NCBI RefSeq assembly: GCF_947072685.1
Contig: NZ_CAMTIK010000009.1
Location: 3,360-67,359 of the forward strand
Direction of reading: 5' to 3'
DNA from: an uncultured Cetobacterium sp.
GTDB lineage: Bacteria > Fusobacteriota > Fusobacteriia > Fusobacteriales > Fusobacteriaceae
Length of the DNA stretch: 64,000 nt
The notes under the pieces are model-generated. The model was not told where the DNA came from, ran no database searches, and saw only the letters and a program-made list of their open reading frames with translations. Position numbers and translations under genes: made by a program. Positions 8,633 through 19,088 of the stretch are shown here, piece by piece. Positions within the stretch are counted from its first letter, which is position 1, and the number at the start of each line of letters is the position of its first letter.

Positions 8633-9874
8633 TTAGTGTGCATTCCTTTGTTTTCTATCCAACTGTCTTGGCTCTAAAGTTTCTTCACAACCACTAATCA
8701 ATCCTGCTACTCCCACTTGCTTTTTCTTAACTTCTCCCTTGCAAACATCACATTCACAAGAATTTACATAGTTTGTAGGCTGTGTGTATGTTGTTATAAC
8801 TCCCTCAAAGTTTCTCAAAATTACTTTATCTGGTGATTGGGAGATTATATAATTTGGCATTACAGGAGTTTTTCCTCCTCCTCCTGGAGCATCCACAACA
8901 AATGTAGGAACTGCATATCCTGACGTATGCCCTCTTAACCCTTCTATGATTTCAATCCCTTTAGACACAGGTGTTCGGAAGTGTTCAATTCCCATAGATA
9001 AGTCACATTGATAAATATAGTATGGTCTAACTCTCATTTTAACTAAATCATGTACCAATGTTTTCATTATATGCACACAATCATTTACTCCTTTCAATAA
9101 AACCGATTGATTTCCTAATGGAATTCCTGCATCAGCTAACATATTACAAGCCTTTATTGCTTCTGGTGTTATCTCTTTAGAGTGGTTAAAATGAGTATTT
9201 AACCAAATTGGGTGATATTTTTTTAACATATTACAAAGTTCTGGAGTTATTCTTTGAGGCATAACAACTGGAGTTCTCGATCCTATTCTTACAATCTCAA
9301 CATGAGGAATCTCTCTAAGTTTACTGATGATATACTCTAACTTATCGTCTGATAGAAGCAGTGGATCTCCTCCAGATAAAAGTACATCTCTCACCTGTGG
9401 TGTATTTCTGATATATTCGATAGCTTTTTCTATTCTATCCATAGGAACTGCTTGATCTGTTTGACCTGCAAATCTTCTTCTAGTGCAGTGTCTGCAGTAC
9501 ATCGAACACATATCTGTAACTAATAGAAGCACTCTATCTGGATATCTATGAGTTAATCCAGGTACTGGAGAATCTCCATCTTCATGTAATGGATCTAGCT
9601 GGTCCGCAGCAGATCTATGTAGCTCATTTATAGATGGTACTGCTTGCATTCTAACTGGACATTTTGGATCATCAGGATTCATAATACTTAAATAATATGG
9701 TGTAATCCCCATTCTAATTGTTGCAAGGGATTTTTTTATTCCCTCTCTCTCCTCGTCCGTTAAAGCTATTAAGCTTTCCAATTGCTCTAGTGTTTCTATT
9801 CTATTAGCAACCTGCCATTTCCAGTCATTCCATTTCTCATCCGTTACATTAAATTTTTCTCTCAAATTTATCAT
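8633..9874 (-). CDS. kamA: Lysine 2,3-aminomutase (radical SAM/PLP)
   Basis: CSMYCRHC radical-SAM motif, RHCTRRR, DAPGGGGK PLP lysine, C-terminal CxCxxC zinc site. Confidence 0.97.
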   Translation of the reverse strand: MINLREKFNVTDEKWNDWKWQVANRIETLEQLESLIALTDEEREGIKKSLATIRMGITPYYLSIMNPDDPKCPVRMQAVPSINELHRSAADQLDPLHEDGDSPVPGLTHRYPDRVLLLVTDMCSMYCRHCTRRRFAGQTDQAVPMDRIEKAIEYIRNTPQVRDVLLSGGDPLLLSDDKLEYIISKLREIPHVEIVRIGSRTPVVMPQRITPELCNMLKKYHPIWLNTHFNHSKEITPEAIKACNMLADAGIPLGNQSVLLKGVNDCVHIMKTLVHDLVKMRVRPYYIYQCDLSMGIEHFRTPVSKGIEIIEGLRGHTSGYAVPTFVVDAPGGGGKTPVMPNYIISQSPDKVILRNFEGVITTYTQPTNYVNSCECDVCKGEVKKKQVGVAGLISGCEETLEPRQLDRKQRNAH

Positions 9875-9908
9875 CAGTAAACTCCTCCAAATTTTTCTAT
9901 TATTTTAA

Positions 9909-10943
9909 TTACACGTATAACTTTTCAAATAACTCTCTAATGTCTTTTGATTCTCTAATAATTTCTAAAGTTAAATTCGCATGCCCTTTTGTATATCCGT
10001 TTCCAACTATCATACTCACATCTTTTCCTACACCTTCTGCACCTAATGCAGCTTTTGTGAATGATGTTGCCATAGAGAAGAAATAAACTACTCCGTCATC
10101 TTTTGTGATTAGTATTGAAGACATCTCTGTCCCAGGAACATTGACGTTATTTATTACAACATCACATAGTTCTCCATTTGTGATCTCATTTATTTTATTA
10201 TATATTTCTACTGGTTTTGTTGCATCTCCAACTAAAACAATATGAGCTAATCCTAAATCTCTTATTCTCTGAGCATTGGCCTCCGAATATTCAAATACTA
10301 TTACTTTTCCTGTAGTCCCAACATTTTTCATAGCTTGATAGCAACAAAGTATCCCAGATTTTCCTCCACCACCGATAATACAAACGGTATCCCCTTCTTT
10401 TACAAGTTTTTCAACTTGTGCTGGAGCTCCTGCTACATCAAGAGCTGCCAGTGCTAATTTTTCTGGAATATCTTTTGGTAGAACCGCATATATACCGCTC
10501 TCAAATAGTACCGCTTTTGCATCCACATCCACTTGATCATTTGAAATATTTATTTTTTTAATTTCATTTATTTTTAAAGGTGTCAATGACAGCGATACTA
10601 ATGTTGCTATTTTATCTCCAACTTTTAAAGTTTTGTCTGGAAAATCTGAACCAATTTTTTCAATCGTTCCTATCAACATCCCTCCTGAACCTGTTACAGG
10701 ATTTTGCATTTTACCTCTTTCTGCAACTATTCCTTCTATCATTTCTGCCATTTTTTTCTCGTCTCTATTACAAGCTTCTTTTATCTGTGTAAAACTAGCT
10801 GAATCAATATTTAAAGTTTGGACATCTATTAAAACCTCATTAGACATTATTTTCATGTCATTAGATATTTTTAATGCTCCCTGTGGAAGTGATCCTATTG
10901 GTTCAATTACTCTATGTGTTCCAAATTTGCAACCTTTTTTCAT
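9909..10943 (-). CDS. kdd: L-erythro-3,5-diaminohexanoate dehydrogenase
   Basis: GTHRVIEP, LNIDSASF, QNPVTGSGGM, LDVAGAPAQ, GGGGKSG motifs. Confidence 0.93.
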   Translation of the reverse strand: MKKGCKFGTHRVIEPIGSLPQGALKISNDMKIMSNEVLIDVQTLNIDSASFTQIKEACNRDEKKMAEMIEGIVAERGKMQNPVTGSGGMLIGTIEKIGSDFPDKTLKVGDKIATLVSLSLTPLKINEIKKINISNDQVDVDAKAVLFESGIYAVLPKDIPEKLALAALDVAGAPAQVEKLVKEGDTVCIIGGGGKSGILCCYQAMKNVGTTGKVIVFEYSEANAQRIRDLGLAHIVLVGDATKPVEIYNKINEITNGELCDVVINNVNVPGTEMSSILITKDDGVVYFFSMATSFTKAALGAEGVGKDVSMIVGNGYTKGHANLTLEIIRESKDIRELFEKLYV

Positions 10944-10953
10944 AATACCCTCC

Positions 10954-11772
10954 TCAATTTAACCCTAGTATTTTTCTTGCCTCAGTTGGAGTAGCTATAT
11001 CTCTTCCAAACTCTTTTGCAAGTCTTACAACTTTTTCAACTAATTCTCCATTGCTCTTAGCTATAACACCTTTAGCTAAATAGATGTTATCTTCAAATCC
11101 AACTCTTACATGACCTCCAGATATTATAGAAGCCACTGCAAGAGTGAATTCAAATTTTCCTATCCCTGCGACCGAATAAGTAGATCCATAAGGTAAGCTT
11201 TCTTTTAAAAATAAGAAGTCTCTTAAATCTCCTGATATTCCACCATTTACTCCCATTACAAAACTAAAGTGAATTGGTTCTTTAATAAACCCTTTTTTAG
11301 ATAGCCTTATTGCCATATCTATCATTGATTTATCAAATACTTCAACCTCTGGCTTAACATCCATATCTATCATCTTTTTCCCAAACTCTTTTATCATATT
11401 TTCAGTGTTTACAAAGACCTCGTCTCCACCAAAATTTAAAGTACCACAATCTAGTGTCGCCATCTCTGGTTTTAACTCTATTGGTTCTAACCGCTCAGCT
11501 GAACTCATCCCTACAGATCCCCCTGTAGATGGCTGAACAATTACGTCCGGACATTTTTCTTTTATAGCCTTTATGCACTCTTCATATCTCTGTTTTTTTT
11601 GAGTTGGAGTCCCATCATCCTCCCTGACATGAAGATGTATAATACTTGCCCCCGCTTTATACGCACTGTAAGCTTCTTTTGCTATCTCTTGAACTGTATA
11701 GGGAACAGCTGGGTTGTGTTCTTTTGTTACCTCTGCACCACAGATTGCGGCTGTTATTATAAGTTTTTCCAT
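10954..11772 (-). CDS. kce: 3-keto-5-aminohexanoate cleavage enzyme
   Basis: LIITAAICGAE, IIHLHVR, QPSTGG, RVGFEDN motifs (BKACE family). Confidence 0.93.
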   Translation of the reverse strand: MEKLIITAAICGAEVTKEHNPAVPYTVQEIAKEAYSAYKAGASIIHLHVREDDGTPTQKKQRYEECIKAIKEKCPDVIVQPSTGGSVGMSSAERLEPIELKPEMATLDCGTLNFGGDEVFVNTENMIKEFGKKMIDMDVKPEVEVFDKSMIDMAIRLSKKGFIKEPIHFSFVMGVNGGISGDLRDFLFLKESLPYGSTYSVAGIGKFEFTLAVASIISGGHVRVGFEDNIYLAKGVIAKSNGELVEKVVRLAKEFGRDIATPTEARKILGLN

Positions 11773-11775
11773 CTT

Positions 11776-12162
11776 TTACCCCTTTCTCTGAACTGCTTTT
11801 GGAACAACACAAGTCCCAACTGCCTTACATACAATGATAGGTTCTTCTAAAAAATCAGCTGCAGAATCACATATATCTGCTCTTGGAACAATCACTTTTC
11901 TAGCTTCAAAATACATCGCTCTGGATGTATTCCCTACTTTTGTAATCTCTCCAACAACCTCTAAATAATCCCCTGCATAGACAGGTGCCATGAATTCAAC
12001 ATCACTGTAAGCTTTAAATAAACCCTCATCTCCATCATGTTTAATTAGTAGCTCTGTTGCTACATCTCCAAATAACTGTAATATTCTTGCACCATCTACT
12101 AAATTTCCACCATAATGAGCATCTGCTGAGCTCATTCTTAATCTTATCATTGACTTTGTCAT
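11776..12162 (-). CDS. kal: 3-aminobutyryl-CoA ammonia lyase
   Basis: Hotdog fold: [27 protein letters not shown]. Confidence 0.93.
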   Translation of the reverse strand: MTKSMIRLRMSSADAHYGGNLVDGARILQLFGDVATELLIKHDGDEGLFKAYSDVEFMAPVYAGDYLEVVGEITKVGNTSRAMYFEARKVIVPRADICDSAADFLEEPIIVCKAVGTCVVPKAVQRKG

Positions 12163-12190
12163 AACTCCTCTCCCTTTTATCTTTATTTTA

Positions 12191-13687
12191 TTATACTGTT
12201 TCTTCTGCTTCCATAGTTATTTCAATCTCTTCATTTTCTCCAACCAATCTTACATCTGGTTCACTTGGTAAAGCAAATCTAGGTATTAACCTATCCAGTC
12301 CTGTCAGCGTTAAAATTAAAATACTACCTACAGCTATGTAGGCCATAAAATTAAATTTTATAATACTCATTGCTGTAAAACTTGCTAACGGGTATACAGC
12401 ATTTGCTATTCCCAAATAAAATCCAATATAAACATGCCAAGGAATAAGTTGTGAACCAAAAACTCCAAGAGCATCACTAAATGTAGCATTTCTAAGTCTC
12501 AATGTCTCAATATCTTTTGGACTTCCCTTAACATTTTTCTCAACAAGTTCTTTTATAATTGGACCTATGGTTACTATCTGAGCCATTTCATCAGCTAATG
12601 CTGCATTCCCCAAGACAGATAAAACTCCATTGTAAAACATAAGTTGTCTAACATTTCCAGATATTCTTTTAATTAAAATGGATATTGGTCTAAATGCATC
12701 CATTGTTTTCATTACTCCACCAAATGCTGCAACCCACATCATCATAACAATAACCCATGATCCTGCACCTTCGAATCCTGAATAGATTAAATCTAAGAAT
12801 GCTGAAGTACTCTCTACTGTTCCTGCAATCATCCCAAATACATACGATGCAAAAATTCCTAAAAATAAGCACAACAATGTATTTATTCCTTTAAACGCTG
12901 AAATAAGAACTAATATTAGAGGAATAACCATATAGTATGGAACTCCACTTTTAACTTGATTTAGTAATGCCACTGCACTTTCTCTCTTCTCAGCTAAAGC
13001 GGCCCAAGCCGACTCAGGTATTTGATTAATAGCCTCTACCGGACTTCCAACTTCCGTTGGTAATCCCATCATCACGCTAGCAATGTAAAATGTAATCACA
13101 GCACATACAAGTACTGATGCTGACCAAAAACCTTGGTGTCTTATTCTTTTTACAACCTCTACTCTTTGAATACCAGAACTAACAATTGTTGTATCTGATA
13201 TTAAACCTATATTATCCCCAAAACATGCTCCCCCCGCTATTGCTGCAAGTGTTAGATACATATCTCCTTGTACAATATGGTTTAACCACAAAAATATTGG
13301 TGCACAAGCTGCAAATGTTCCCCAACTTGTTCCAGTCGCTATAGATAGTATCGATGTTACAATAACTCCTACAACTGCAACTGTTCTAGCTGTCAATCCA
13401 AATCCTAAAGCTATATTAATTATTGAAGCTCCTACTCCCGTAGACATAAATGCTTCAGCCATTGCATAAGCCATCATTAAGATAAAGAATGCTATTTGCA
13501 TCTCTCTTGCATTTTTAATACAAGAGTCAATAATATCACTTATCTTCTTTTTTGCTACAAGTGATGCCACCATTGCTGCATAAACTGTTGCTAAAGGTGC
13601 TGCTAATAATGCGTCATACCCACTCATCATCAGTCCTGCCAAAACTAAAACTGGACTAAGCTTTATTATCGCTGTTACCGATCCCAT
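12191..13687 (-). CDS. NhaC-family transporter (probable lysine uptake)
   Basis: ATGTSWGT and [15 protein letters not shown] NhaC motifs. First gene of the lysine operon. Substrate inferred from context. Confidence 0.85.
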   Translation of the reverse strand: MGSVTAIIKLSPVLVLAGLMMSGYDALLAAPLATVYAAMVASLVAKKKISDIIDSCIKNAREMQIAFFILMMAYAMAEAFMSTGVGASIINIALGFGLTARTVAVVGVIVTSILSIATGTSWGTFAACAPIFLWLNHIVQGDMYLTLAAIAGGACFGDNIGLISDTTIVSSGIQRVEVVKRIRHQGFWSASVLVCAVITFYIASVMMGLPTEVGSPVEAINQIPESAWAALAEKRESAVALLNQVKSGVPYYMVIPLILVLISAFKGINTLLCLFLGIFASYVFGMIAGTVESTSAFLDLIYSGFEGAGSWVIVMMMWVAAFGGVMKTMDAFRPISILIKRISGNVRQLMFYNGVLSVLGNAALADEMAQIVTIGPIIKELVEKNVKGSPKDIETLRLRNATFSDALGVFGSQLIPWHVYIGFYLGIANAVYPLASFTAMSIIKFNFMAYIAVGSILILTLTGLDRLIPRFALPSEPDVRLVGENEEIEITMEAEETV

Positions 13688-13735
13688 ATTTTCCTCCTAG
13701 AATGTTTATTTTCTCATAACCTTTTCAAGTAGGAT

Positions 13736-13751
13736 GTAAGTGAGCGCTTAC
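13736..13751. promoter_or_regulatory. Candidate repressor operator, site 1 (leader of lysine operon)
   Basis: Imperfect palindrome GTAAGTGAGCGCTTAC about 20 bp downstream of the -10. Matches 16481..16496 at 11/16. Confidence 0.6.
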
Positions 13752-13771
13752 TTTAGTTTTGTCACTAGCTA

Positions 13772-13800
13772 TATATACCTCACACCTTTTTTAAAGTCAA
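13772..13800 (-). promoter_or_regulatory. Promoter of the lysine-fermentation operon
   Basis: TTGACT-17-TATATA on the minus strand. Confidence 0.65.
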
Positions 13801-13976
13801 TAGCTTTTTTTATTTTTTAAAAATTTAAAGTTTGTTTTTAGTACTAAAACGCTCTATTACAGACATAATTAGTAACTAATTTTTTATTTATCAAATAAAA
13901 TAAATTTGACAAATTTATAACATATGAGGTAATAAGTGTGGCGTCATAGATAAACACATATACAGGAGGAGTAAAA

Positions 13977-14756
13977 ATGGTATTTAAAAACCTTTTAATT
14001 AGTATAGAAGACCGAATCTGTACTGTTAAAATCAACAGACCTGAAGCTTTAAACGCTTTAAATGAGGAAACTTACAAAGAAATTCACAAATGTTTTTCTA
14101 ATCTAGAAAAAAATGATACAATTGATGTCATTATTTTAACTGGTGAAGGAAGAGCCTTTGTTGCAGGTGCTGATATCTCTTTTATGAAAAATTTGGATAC
14201 TAAACACGCTAAGGAGTTTGGAATACTTGGAACAAACTCTTTTAATGCTGTCGAGAATATTAACAAAGTTGTAATCGCTGTTATAAACGGATTTGCCCTT
14301 GGTGGAGGATGCGAACTTGCTATGGCTTGTGATATCAGAATTGCATCTGACAAGGCAAAGCTTGGTCAACCAGAAGTGACTTTAGGTATAACACCTGGTT
14401 CAGGTGGAACACAGAGGCTTCCTCGAATAGTTGGGGTCGCAAAAGCCAAGGAACTCATCTATACGGGAAATATTATTGGGGCTGAAGAAGCTCTGAGTAT
14501 TGGATTGGTTAATCAAGTGGTGCCCCATGAAAATCTTATGGAATATTCTTTAGATATGGCAAAAAAAATAAGTTCCAATGCTAAATTAGCTGTACAGTAT
14601 TCTAAAGAAGCTATAGATAAAGGCCTTCAAGTCGATGAAGCAACCTCTATGTTTATTGAAAGTAGTCTATTTGGACTTTGCTTTTCAACACACGATCAAA
14701 AAGAAGGGATGAATGCATTCTTAGAAAAAAGAAAAGCTCATTTCACAAATAATTAA
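13977..14756 (+). CDS. crt: Crotonase (enoyl-CoA hydratase)
   Basis: NRPEALNALN, FVAGADI, ALGGGCEL, GQPEV.LG..PG.GGTQRL motifs. Confidence 0.93.
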   Translation: MVFKNLLISIEDRICTVKINRPEALNALNEETYKEIHKCFSNLEKNDTIDVIILTGEGRAFVAGADISFMKNLDTKHAKEFGILGTNSFNAVENINKVVIAVINGFALGGGCELAMACDIRIASDKAKLGQPEVTLGITPGSGGTQRLPRIVGVAKAKELIYTGNIIGAEEALSIGLVNQVVPHENLMEYSLDMAKKISSNAKLAVQYSKEAIDKGLQVDEATSMFIESSLFGLCFSTHDQKEGMNAFLEKRKAHFTNN

Positions 14757-14793
14757 CTTTATTAAAAAAAACATATAAAATTAGGAGGTTATT

Positions 14794-15633
14794 ATGAAAG
14801 TATTTATTGTTGGTGCTGGAGTTATGGCTAGTGGAATTGCCCAGGTTTTTGCAGCAGGTGGTCATGAAGTTTTAATCACAGATGTCAATAACGATATTCT
14901 TGAAAAAGCAAAAAATGGTTTTGTTAAAAATCTATCAAAATTAGTTGAAAAAGTTAAAATTACAGAGGATAGAAAAAATGAAATCTTATCAAAATTGAAT
15001 GCTACTCCAGATTTAAATGATGCCAAAGATGCAGATTTAGTTATTGAAGCAGTTTCGGAAAAAATGGCTATTAAAAAAGAATTATTTGGCAAGCTGGATA
15101 CTATTTGTGAAGAAAAAACTATTTTTGCAACAAATACATCCTCTCTTTCTATAACAGAGATTGCACTATCTACAAAAAGACCCGAAAAAGTTATTGGAAT
15201 GCACTTTTTCAACCCTGCTCCTGTTATGAAATTAATTGAAATTATAAAGGGATACACCACAAGCCAAGAGGTTCATGAGACTATATTAGAACTGACTAAA
15301 ACTTTAGGGAAAGAGCCTGTTTCTTGTGAAGAAGCACCTGGATTTGTTGTAAATAGAATTTTAATTCCAATGGTAAATGAGGCCATCGGTATTTTAGCGG
15401 ATGGAGTTGCCACCACAGAAGATATTGATAACGCTATGAAATACGGGGCTAATCACCCTATTGGTCCTTTAGCACTAGGAGATTTAATCGGACTCGATGT
15501 GGTTTTAGCTATTATGGATGTTTTAGCTTCTGAGTTTGGAGATTCTAAGTATAGAGCACATCCTCTTCTTAAAAAAATGGTTCGAGCTGGAAAACTAGGT
15601 AGAAAAAATGGTGAAGGATTCTATAAATATTAA
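14794..15633 (+). CDS. hbd: 3-hydroxybutyryl-CoA dehydrogenase
   Basis: GAGVMASG, ATNTSSLS, GMHFFNP, PGFVVNR, HPIGPL motifs. Confidence 0.94.
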   Translation: MKVFIVGAGVMASGIAQVFAAGGHEVLITDVNNDILEKAKNGFVKNLSKLVEKVKITEDRKNEILSKLNATPDLNDAKDADLVIEAVSEKMAIKKELFGKLDTICEEKTIFATNTSSLSITEIALSTKRPEKVIGMHFFNPAPVMKLIEIIKGYTTSQEVHETILELTKTLGKEPVSCEEAPGFVVNRILIPMVNEAIGILADGVATTEDIDNAMKYGANHPIGPLALGDLIGLDVVLAIMDVLASEFGDSKYRAHPLLKKMVRAGKLGRKNGEGFYKY

Positions 15634-15642
15634 TAACTAAGT

Positions 15643-15691
15643 AAAAAAAGAGAAATTCTAGTTTAATATAAAACTAGGATTTCTCTTTTTT
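15643..15691. terminator. Bidirectional terminator between hbd and the TetR gene
   Basis: AAAAAAAGAGAAATTCTAGTTT...AAACTAGGATTTCTCTTTTTT. Confidence 0.8.
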
Positions 15692-16259
15692 AATGATTTT
15701 GATATTGTTTTATTGCTTTTTGATAAAATTTAATCTTTTCATTTAAAAAATATTCTTCTCTTTCATTTGAAAACCTGTTTTTTGTTAATATCTTTAAAAG
15801 AAATCCCCCCATAACACTAGCTAACATATCATTTACAAATACTTCAGGCGAATGATTTATCTTATTGACATAAAAAACTTGAATAAAATGATCCACTAAA
15901 TAATTTTTAAAATCTATAGTTCTTAAAAATTTTTGATTATCACTATCTGAAAGTTTTAACTGTAATCTAAATATAACTTCATGTTGTTGTAAAAAACTTT
16001 GATATAGCAAAATGCTTTTAGATATATCCTGTTCCAACTCCCCCGTAAGACACTCATGTAATATTTTTATTATTTTACTCTCTTCCACAAATCTGTTAAT
16101 AATCTCCTCTAAAATATTATTCTTTGTTCCAAATAATCTAAAAATAGTGACTTCATTACATCTAGCTTCGACAGCTAAACGTTTTGTTGATATTTTTTCA
16201 AATCCCTCCTGAGAAAAGAGTTGCTGAGCAGATTCTAAAATTCTATCTCTAGTTTTCAT
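15690..16259 (-). CDS. TetR/AcrR-family transcriptional regulator
   Basis: N-terminal HTH: TRDRILESAQQLFSQEGF...STKRLA...VTIFRLFGTK. Confidence 0.9.
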   Translation of the reverse strand: MKTRDRILESAQQLFSQEGFEKISTKRLAVEARCNEVTIFRLFGTKNNILEEIINRFVEESKIIKILHECLTGELEQDISKSILLYQSFLQQHEVIFRLQLKLSDSDNQKFLRTIDFKNYLVDHFIQVFYVNKINHSPEVFVNDMLASVMGGFLLKILTKNRFSNEREEYFLNEKIKFYQKAIKQYQNH

Positions 16260-16480
16260 TTGTACTTCCCCCTTAGTTTAAAAACATATGTTATCACAAA
16301 ATATACTTTACTTTTGACCCATTTGTCAATTTTTTTTATATATTTTTATTTTTTTTATAATTTTTTATCTCTCCCATCAATTAGGTGTTTTTAAAGTTTT
16401 TTTTGGATTTTAAAAAAATGTTTTATATCTTGCTATTGACAAATTAATTATCTATGAGGTATATATTCATACTGGTAAAG

Positions 16481-16496
16481 GCAAGTATTCACTTGC
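16481..16496. promoter_or_regulatory. Candidate repressor operator, site 2 (leader of atoD operon)
   Basis: Imperfect palindrome GCAAGTATTCACTTGC between the TTGACA promoter (16436) and the atoD SD. Confidence 0.6.
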
Positions 16497-16521
16497 AAAT
16501 TAGAATGGAGGAGTAAAAAAT

Positions 16522-17172
16522 ATGAAAAAATTGGTCTCTGTTGATTTTGCAGCATCACTTATCAAAGATGGTTCTTCTCTTATGACTGGGGGATTTTTAA
16601 AGTGTGGTTCTCCTAAAGAGGTTATTGAAAAATTACTTGAAAATGGAACTAAAGATCTAACACTTATTGCTAATGATACTAGTTTCCCAGAATTTGAAAG
16701 AGGTAAATTAGTTGTTAACAAAAGAATTAAGAAAGCTATTGTTTCTCACATTGGTACTAACCCTGAAACTGGAAAACAAATGCATTCTGGAGAAATGGAG
16801 GTTGAACTTGTCCCTCAAGGAACTCTTGCTGAAAGAATTCGTGCAGCCGGAGCTGGGCTTGGTGGAATTTTGACTCCTACAGGTATTGGAACAGTTGTCC
16901 AAGAAGGAAAACAAATTATTGAAGTTGATGGGCATAAATATCTTCTTGAAAAACCATTAAAAGCAGATATTGCTCTTATATACGGAAGTAAGGTTGATTC
17001 TTTTGGTAATATCTCTTTCTTTGGATCTACTCGAAATTTCAATACTGTTATGGCTACTGCTGCTGATATTGTAATTGTAGAAGCAGATGAAATTGTTGAG
17101 GGATGTTTAGACCCTAATGAAGTTGTTATCCCTGGAATCTTTGTTGATTACATAGTTAAGGGAGGAAAATAA
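16522..17172 (+). CDS. atoD: Acetate/butyrate CoA-transferase alpha subunit
   Basis: [37 protein letters not shown] motifs. Confidence 0.93.
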   Translation: MKKLVSVDFAASLIKDGSSLMTGGFLKCGSPKEVIEKLLENGTKDLTLIANDTSFPEFERGKLVVNKRIKKAIVSHIGTNPETGKQMHSGEMEVELVPQGTLAERIRAAGAGLGGILTPTGIGTVVQEGKQIIEVDGHKYLLEKPLKADIALIYGSKVDSFGNISFFGSTRNFNTVMATAADIVIVEADEIVEGCLDPNEVVIPGIFVDYIVKGGK

Positions 17173-17173
17173 A

Positions 17174-17839
17174 ATGGAACTTACTAAAGAAAGAGTTAGA
17201 GAGATTATCGCTAGAAGAGTTGCTAGAGAGTTTAAAGATGGAGATGTTATCAACCTTGGAATTGGTTTACCTACTGAAGTGGCCAACTATATTCCAGAAT
17301 CAATACAGGTGGCTCTACAATCTGAAAATGGTTTAATTGGTATGGGACCAACCCCTTGTGAAGCTGAGTCCGATTGCAGAATCGCAAATGCTGGTGGCTC
17401 CCTTGTGACTATCACTCCAGGTGGATGTTTCTTTGATAGTTTTACATCATTTGGAATTATTCGTGGTGGACACGTTGATGCCACTGTTCTTGGAGCTCTA
17501 CAGGTGGATGAAAAAGGAAATCTTGCAAATTGGATGGTTCCTGGAAAAATGGTTCCTGGAATGGGTGGGGCTATGGATCTGGTTGTTGGAGCTAAAAAAG
17601 TTATAATTGCTATGGAACATACTGCCAAAGGAAGTCCTAAAATTCTAAAAAACTGCACTCTCCCTTTAACTGCAGCTAACGAGGTCAATCTAATTGTAAC
17701 TGAAAAAGGAGTTCTTGAGGTTACTGAAAAAGGATTACTTCTTAAAGAGATCAGTCCTTTTTCATCAGTTGAAGATATAATAGCTACCACTGAGGCCACT
17801 ATTATTGTTGACGATAATTTAAAAACTATGGAAGTTTAA
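17174..17839 (+). CDS. atoA: Acetate/butyrate CoA-transferase beta subunit
   Basis: NLGIGLPT, catalytic [13 protein letters not shown] motifs. Confidence 0.93.
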   Translation: MELTKERVREIIARRVAREFKDGDVINLGIGLPTEVANYIPESIQVALQSENGLIGMGPTPCEAESDCRIANAGGSLVTITPGGCFFDSFTSFGIIRGGHVDATVLGALQVDEKGNLANWMVPGKMVPGMGGAMDLVVGAKKVIIAMEHTAKGSPKILKNCTLPLTAANEVNLIVTEKGVLEVTEKGLLLKEISPFSSVEDIIATTEATIIVDDNLKTMEV

Positions 17840-17858
17840 TTTTAAGGGAGGATATTAA

Positions 17859-19064
17859 ATGAAAAAAGTCTATATTGTTGCTGCTAAAAGGACATCTATT
17901 GGTTCGTTTTTAGGATCTTTAAGCAAAGTTTCTCCCAGTGAAATGGCTGGTTCTGTTATCAAAAATATTATTGAAGAAACTAAAATCAACCCTTCCAATT
18001 TAGATGAAGTTATTATTGGAAATGTATTATCTGCTGGACATGCTCAGGGGATTGGTAGACAATCAGCTATTAAAGGTGGTGTCCCTTTCACAGTTCCCGC
18101 ATATTCTATCAACATTATTTGTGGAAGTGGTATGAAAGCTATTATGACCGCTTATCAGGGAATTAAGTCTGGCGAAAGTTCTTTAATTTTAGCTGGCGGT
18201 ACTGAATCAATGTCACAAGCTCCACTTCTTTTAAATAGTAATATTAGAACTGGTATAAAAATGGGGGATTCTACCGCTAGAGATCATATGATTTTGGATG
18301 CCTTAACCGATGCTTTCCACGGTATTCATATGGGAATAACAGCTGAAAATATTGCAGAAAAACATGGGATTAATCGAGAAGAACAAGATAAGTTTTCTAT
18401 TACTTCTCAAATCAAAGCTATTTCTGCTATTGATTCTGGAAGATTTAAAGATGAAATTGTTCCTATTAAAATTTTAGACAGAAAAACCTCTACAATTGTA
18501 GATACAGATGAATATCCCAATAGAAAAACAAATTTAGAAAAATTAGGAACTTTAAGACCTGCATTTAAAAAAGATGGATCTGTTACAGCTGGAAACTCTT
18601 CTGGAATAAATGATGGTGCTGCTGTTCTTCTTTTAGCTTCTGAGGAAGCGATTAAAAAACATAATCTTAAACCACTTGCAGAAATAATTGGGGTTGGACA
18701 AGGTGGGGTTGATCCTTTAGTTATGGGCTTAGGACCTGTTCCGGCAATTAAAAATGTTTTGGATAAAACCGGATTAACACTTGAACAAATGGACTTATTG
18801 GAACTTAACGAAGCTTTTGCTGTTCAATCTCTTGGAGTTATAAAAGAAATCTCTGAGATGTATGCAATTGACCCAAAATGGTTTGGCGATAGAACTAATG
18901 TCAACGGTGGGGCAATTGCTCTAGGACACCCTGTTGGAGCTAGTGGTGCTAGAATTACTACAACTTTAATCCATGAAATGAAAAAAAGAGGATCCAAATA
19001 TGGATTGGCTAGTCTTTGTATCGGTGGTGGAATGGGTACAGCTATAATTATTAAAAATATTTAA
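17859..19064 (+). CDS. thlA: Acetyl-CoA acetyltransferase (thiolase)
   Basis: CGSGM, ELNEAFA, GHPVGASG, CIGGGMG motifs. Confidence 0.93.
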   Translation: MKKVYIVAAKRTSIGSFLGSLSKVSPSEMAGSVIKNIIEETKINPSNLDEVIIGNVLSAGHAQGIGRQSAIKGGVPFTVPAYSINIICGSGMKAIMTAYQGIKSGESSLILAGGTESMSQAPLLLNSNIRTGIKMGDSTARDHMILDALTDAFHGIHMGITAENIAEKHGINREEQDKFSITSQIKAISAIDSGRFKDEIVPIKILDRKTSTIVDTDEYPNRKTNLEKLGTLRPAFKKDGSVTAGNSSGINDGAAVLLLASEEAIKKHNLKPLAEIIGVGQGGVDPLVMGLGPVPAIKNVLDKTGLTLEQMDLLELNEAFAVQSLGVIKEISEMYAIDPKWFGDRTNVNGGAIALGHPVGASGARITTTLIHEMKKRGSKYGLASLCIGGGMGTAIIIKNI

Positions 19065-19088
19065 TAACTTAAAATTAGGAGGAAACAA

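Noticed and set aside
13688-13800. Lysine riboswitch ahead of the lysine transporter
   Set aside because: The leader is under about 80 nt, too short for a lysine riboswitch, and no conserved aptamer features were seen.
13906-13923. Rex-like site over the crt -35 (TTGACAAATTTATAACAT)
   Set aside because: Only about 10 of 14 informative positions match TTGTTAA-N4-TTAACAA in very AT-rich DNA, and it is not repeated at atoD.
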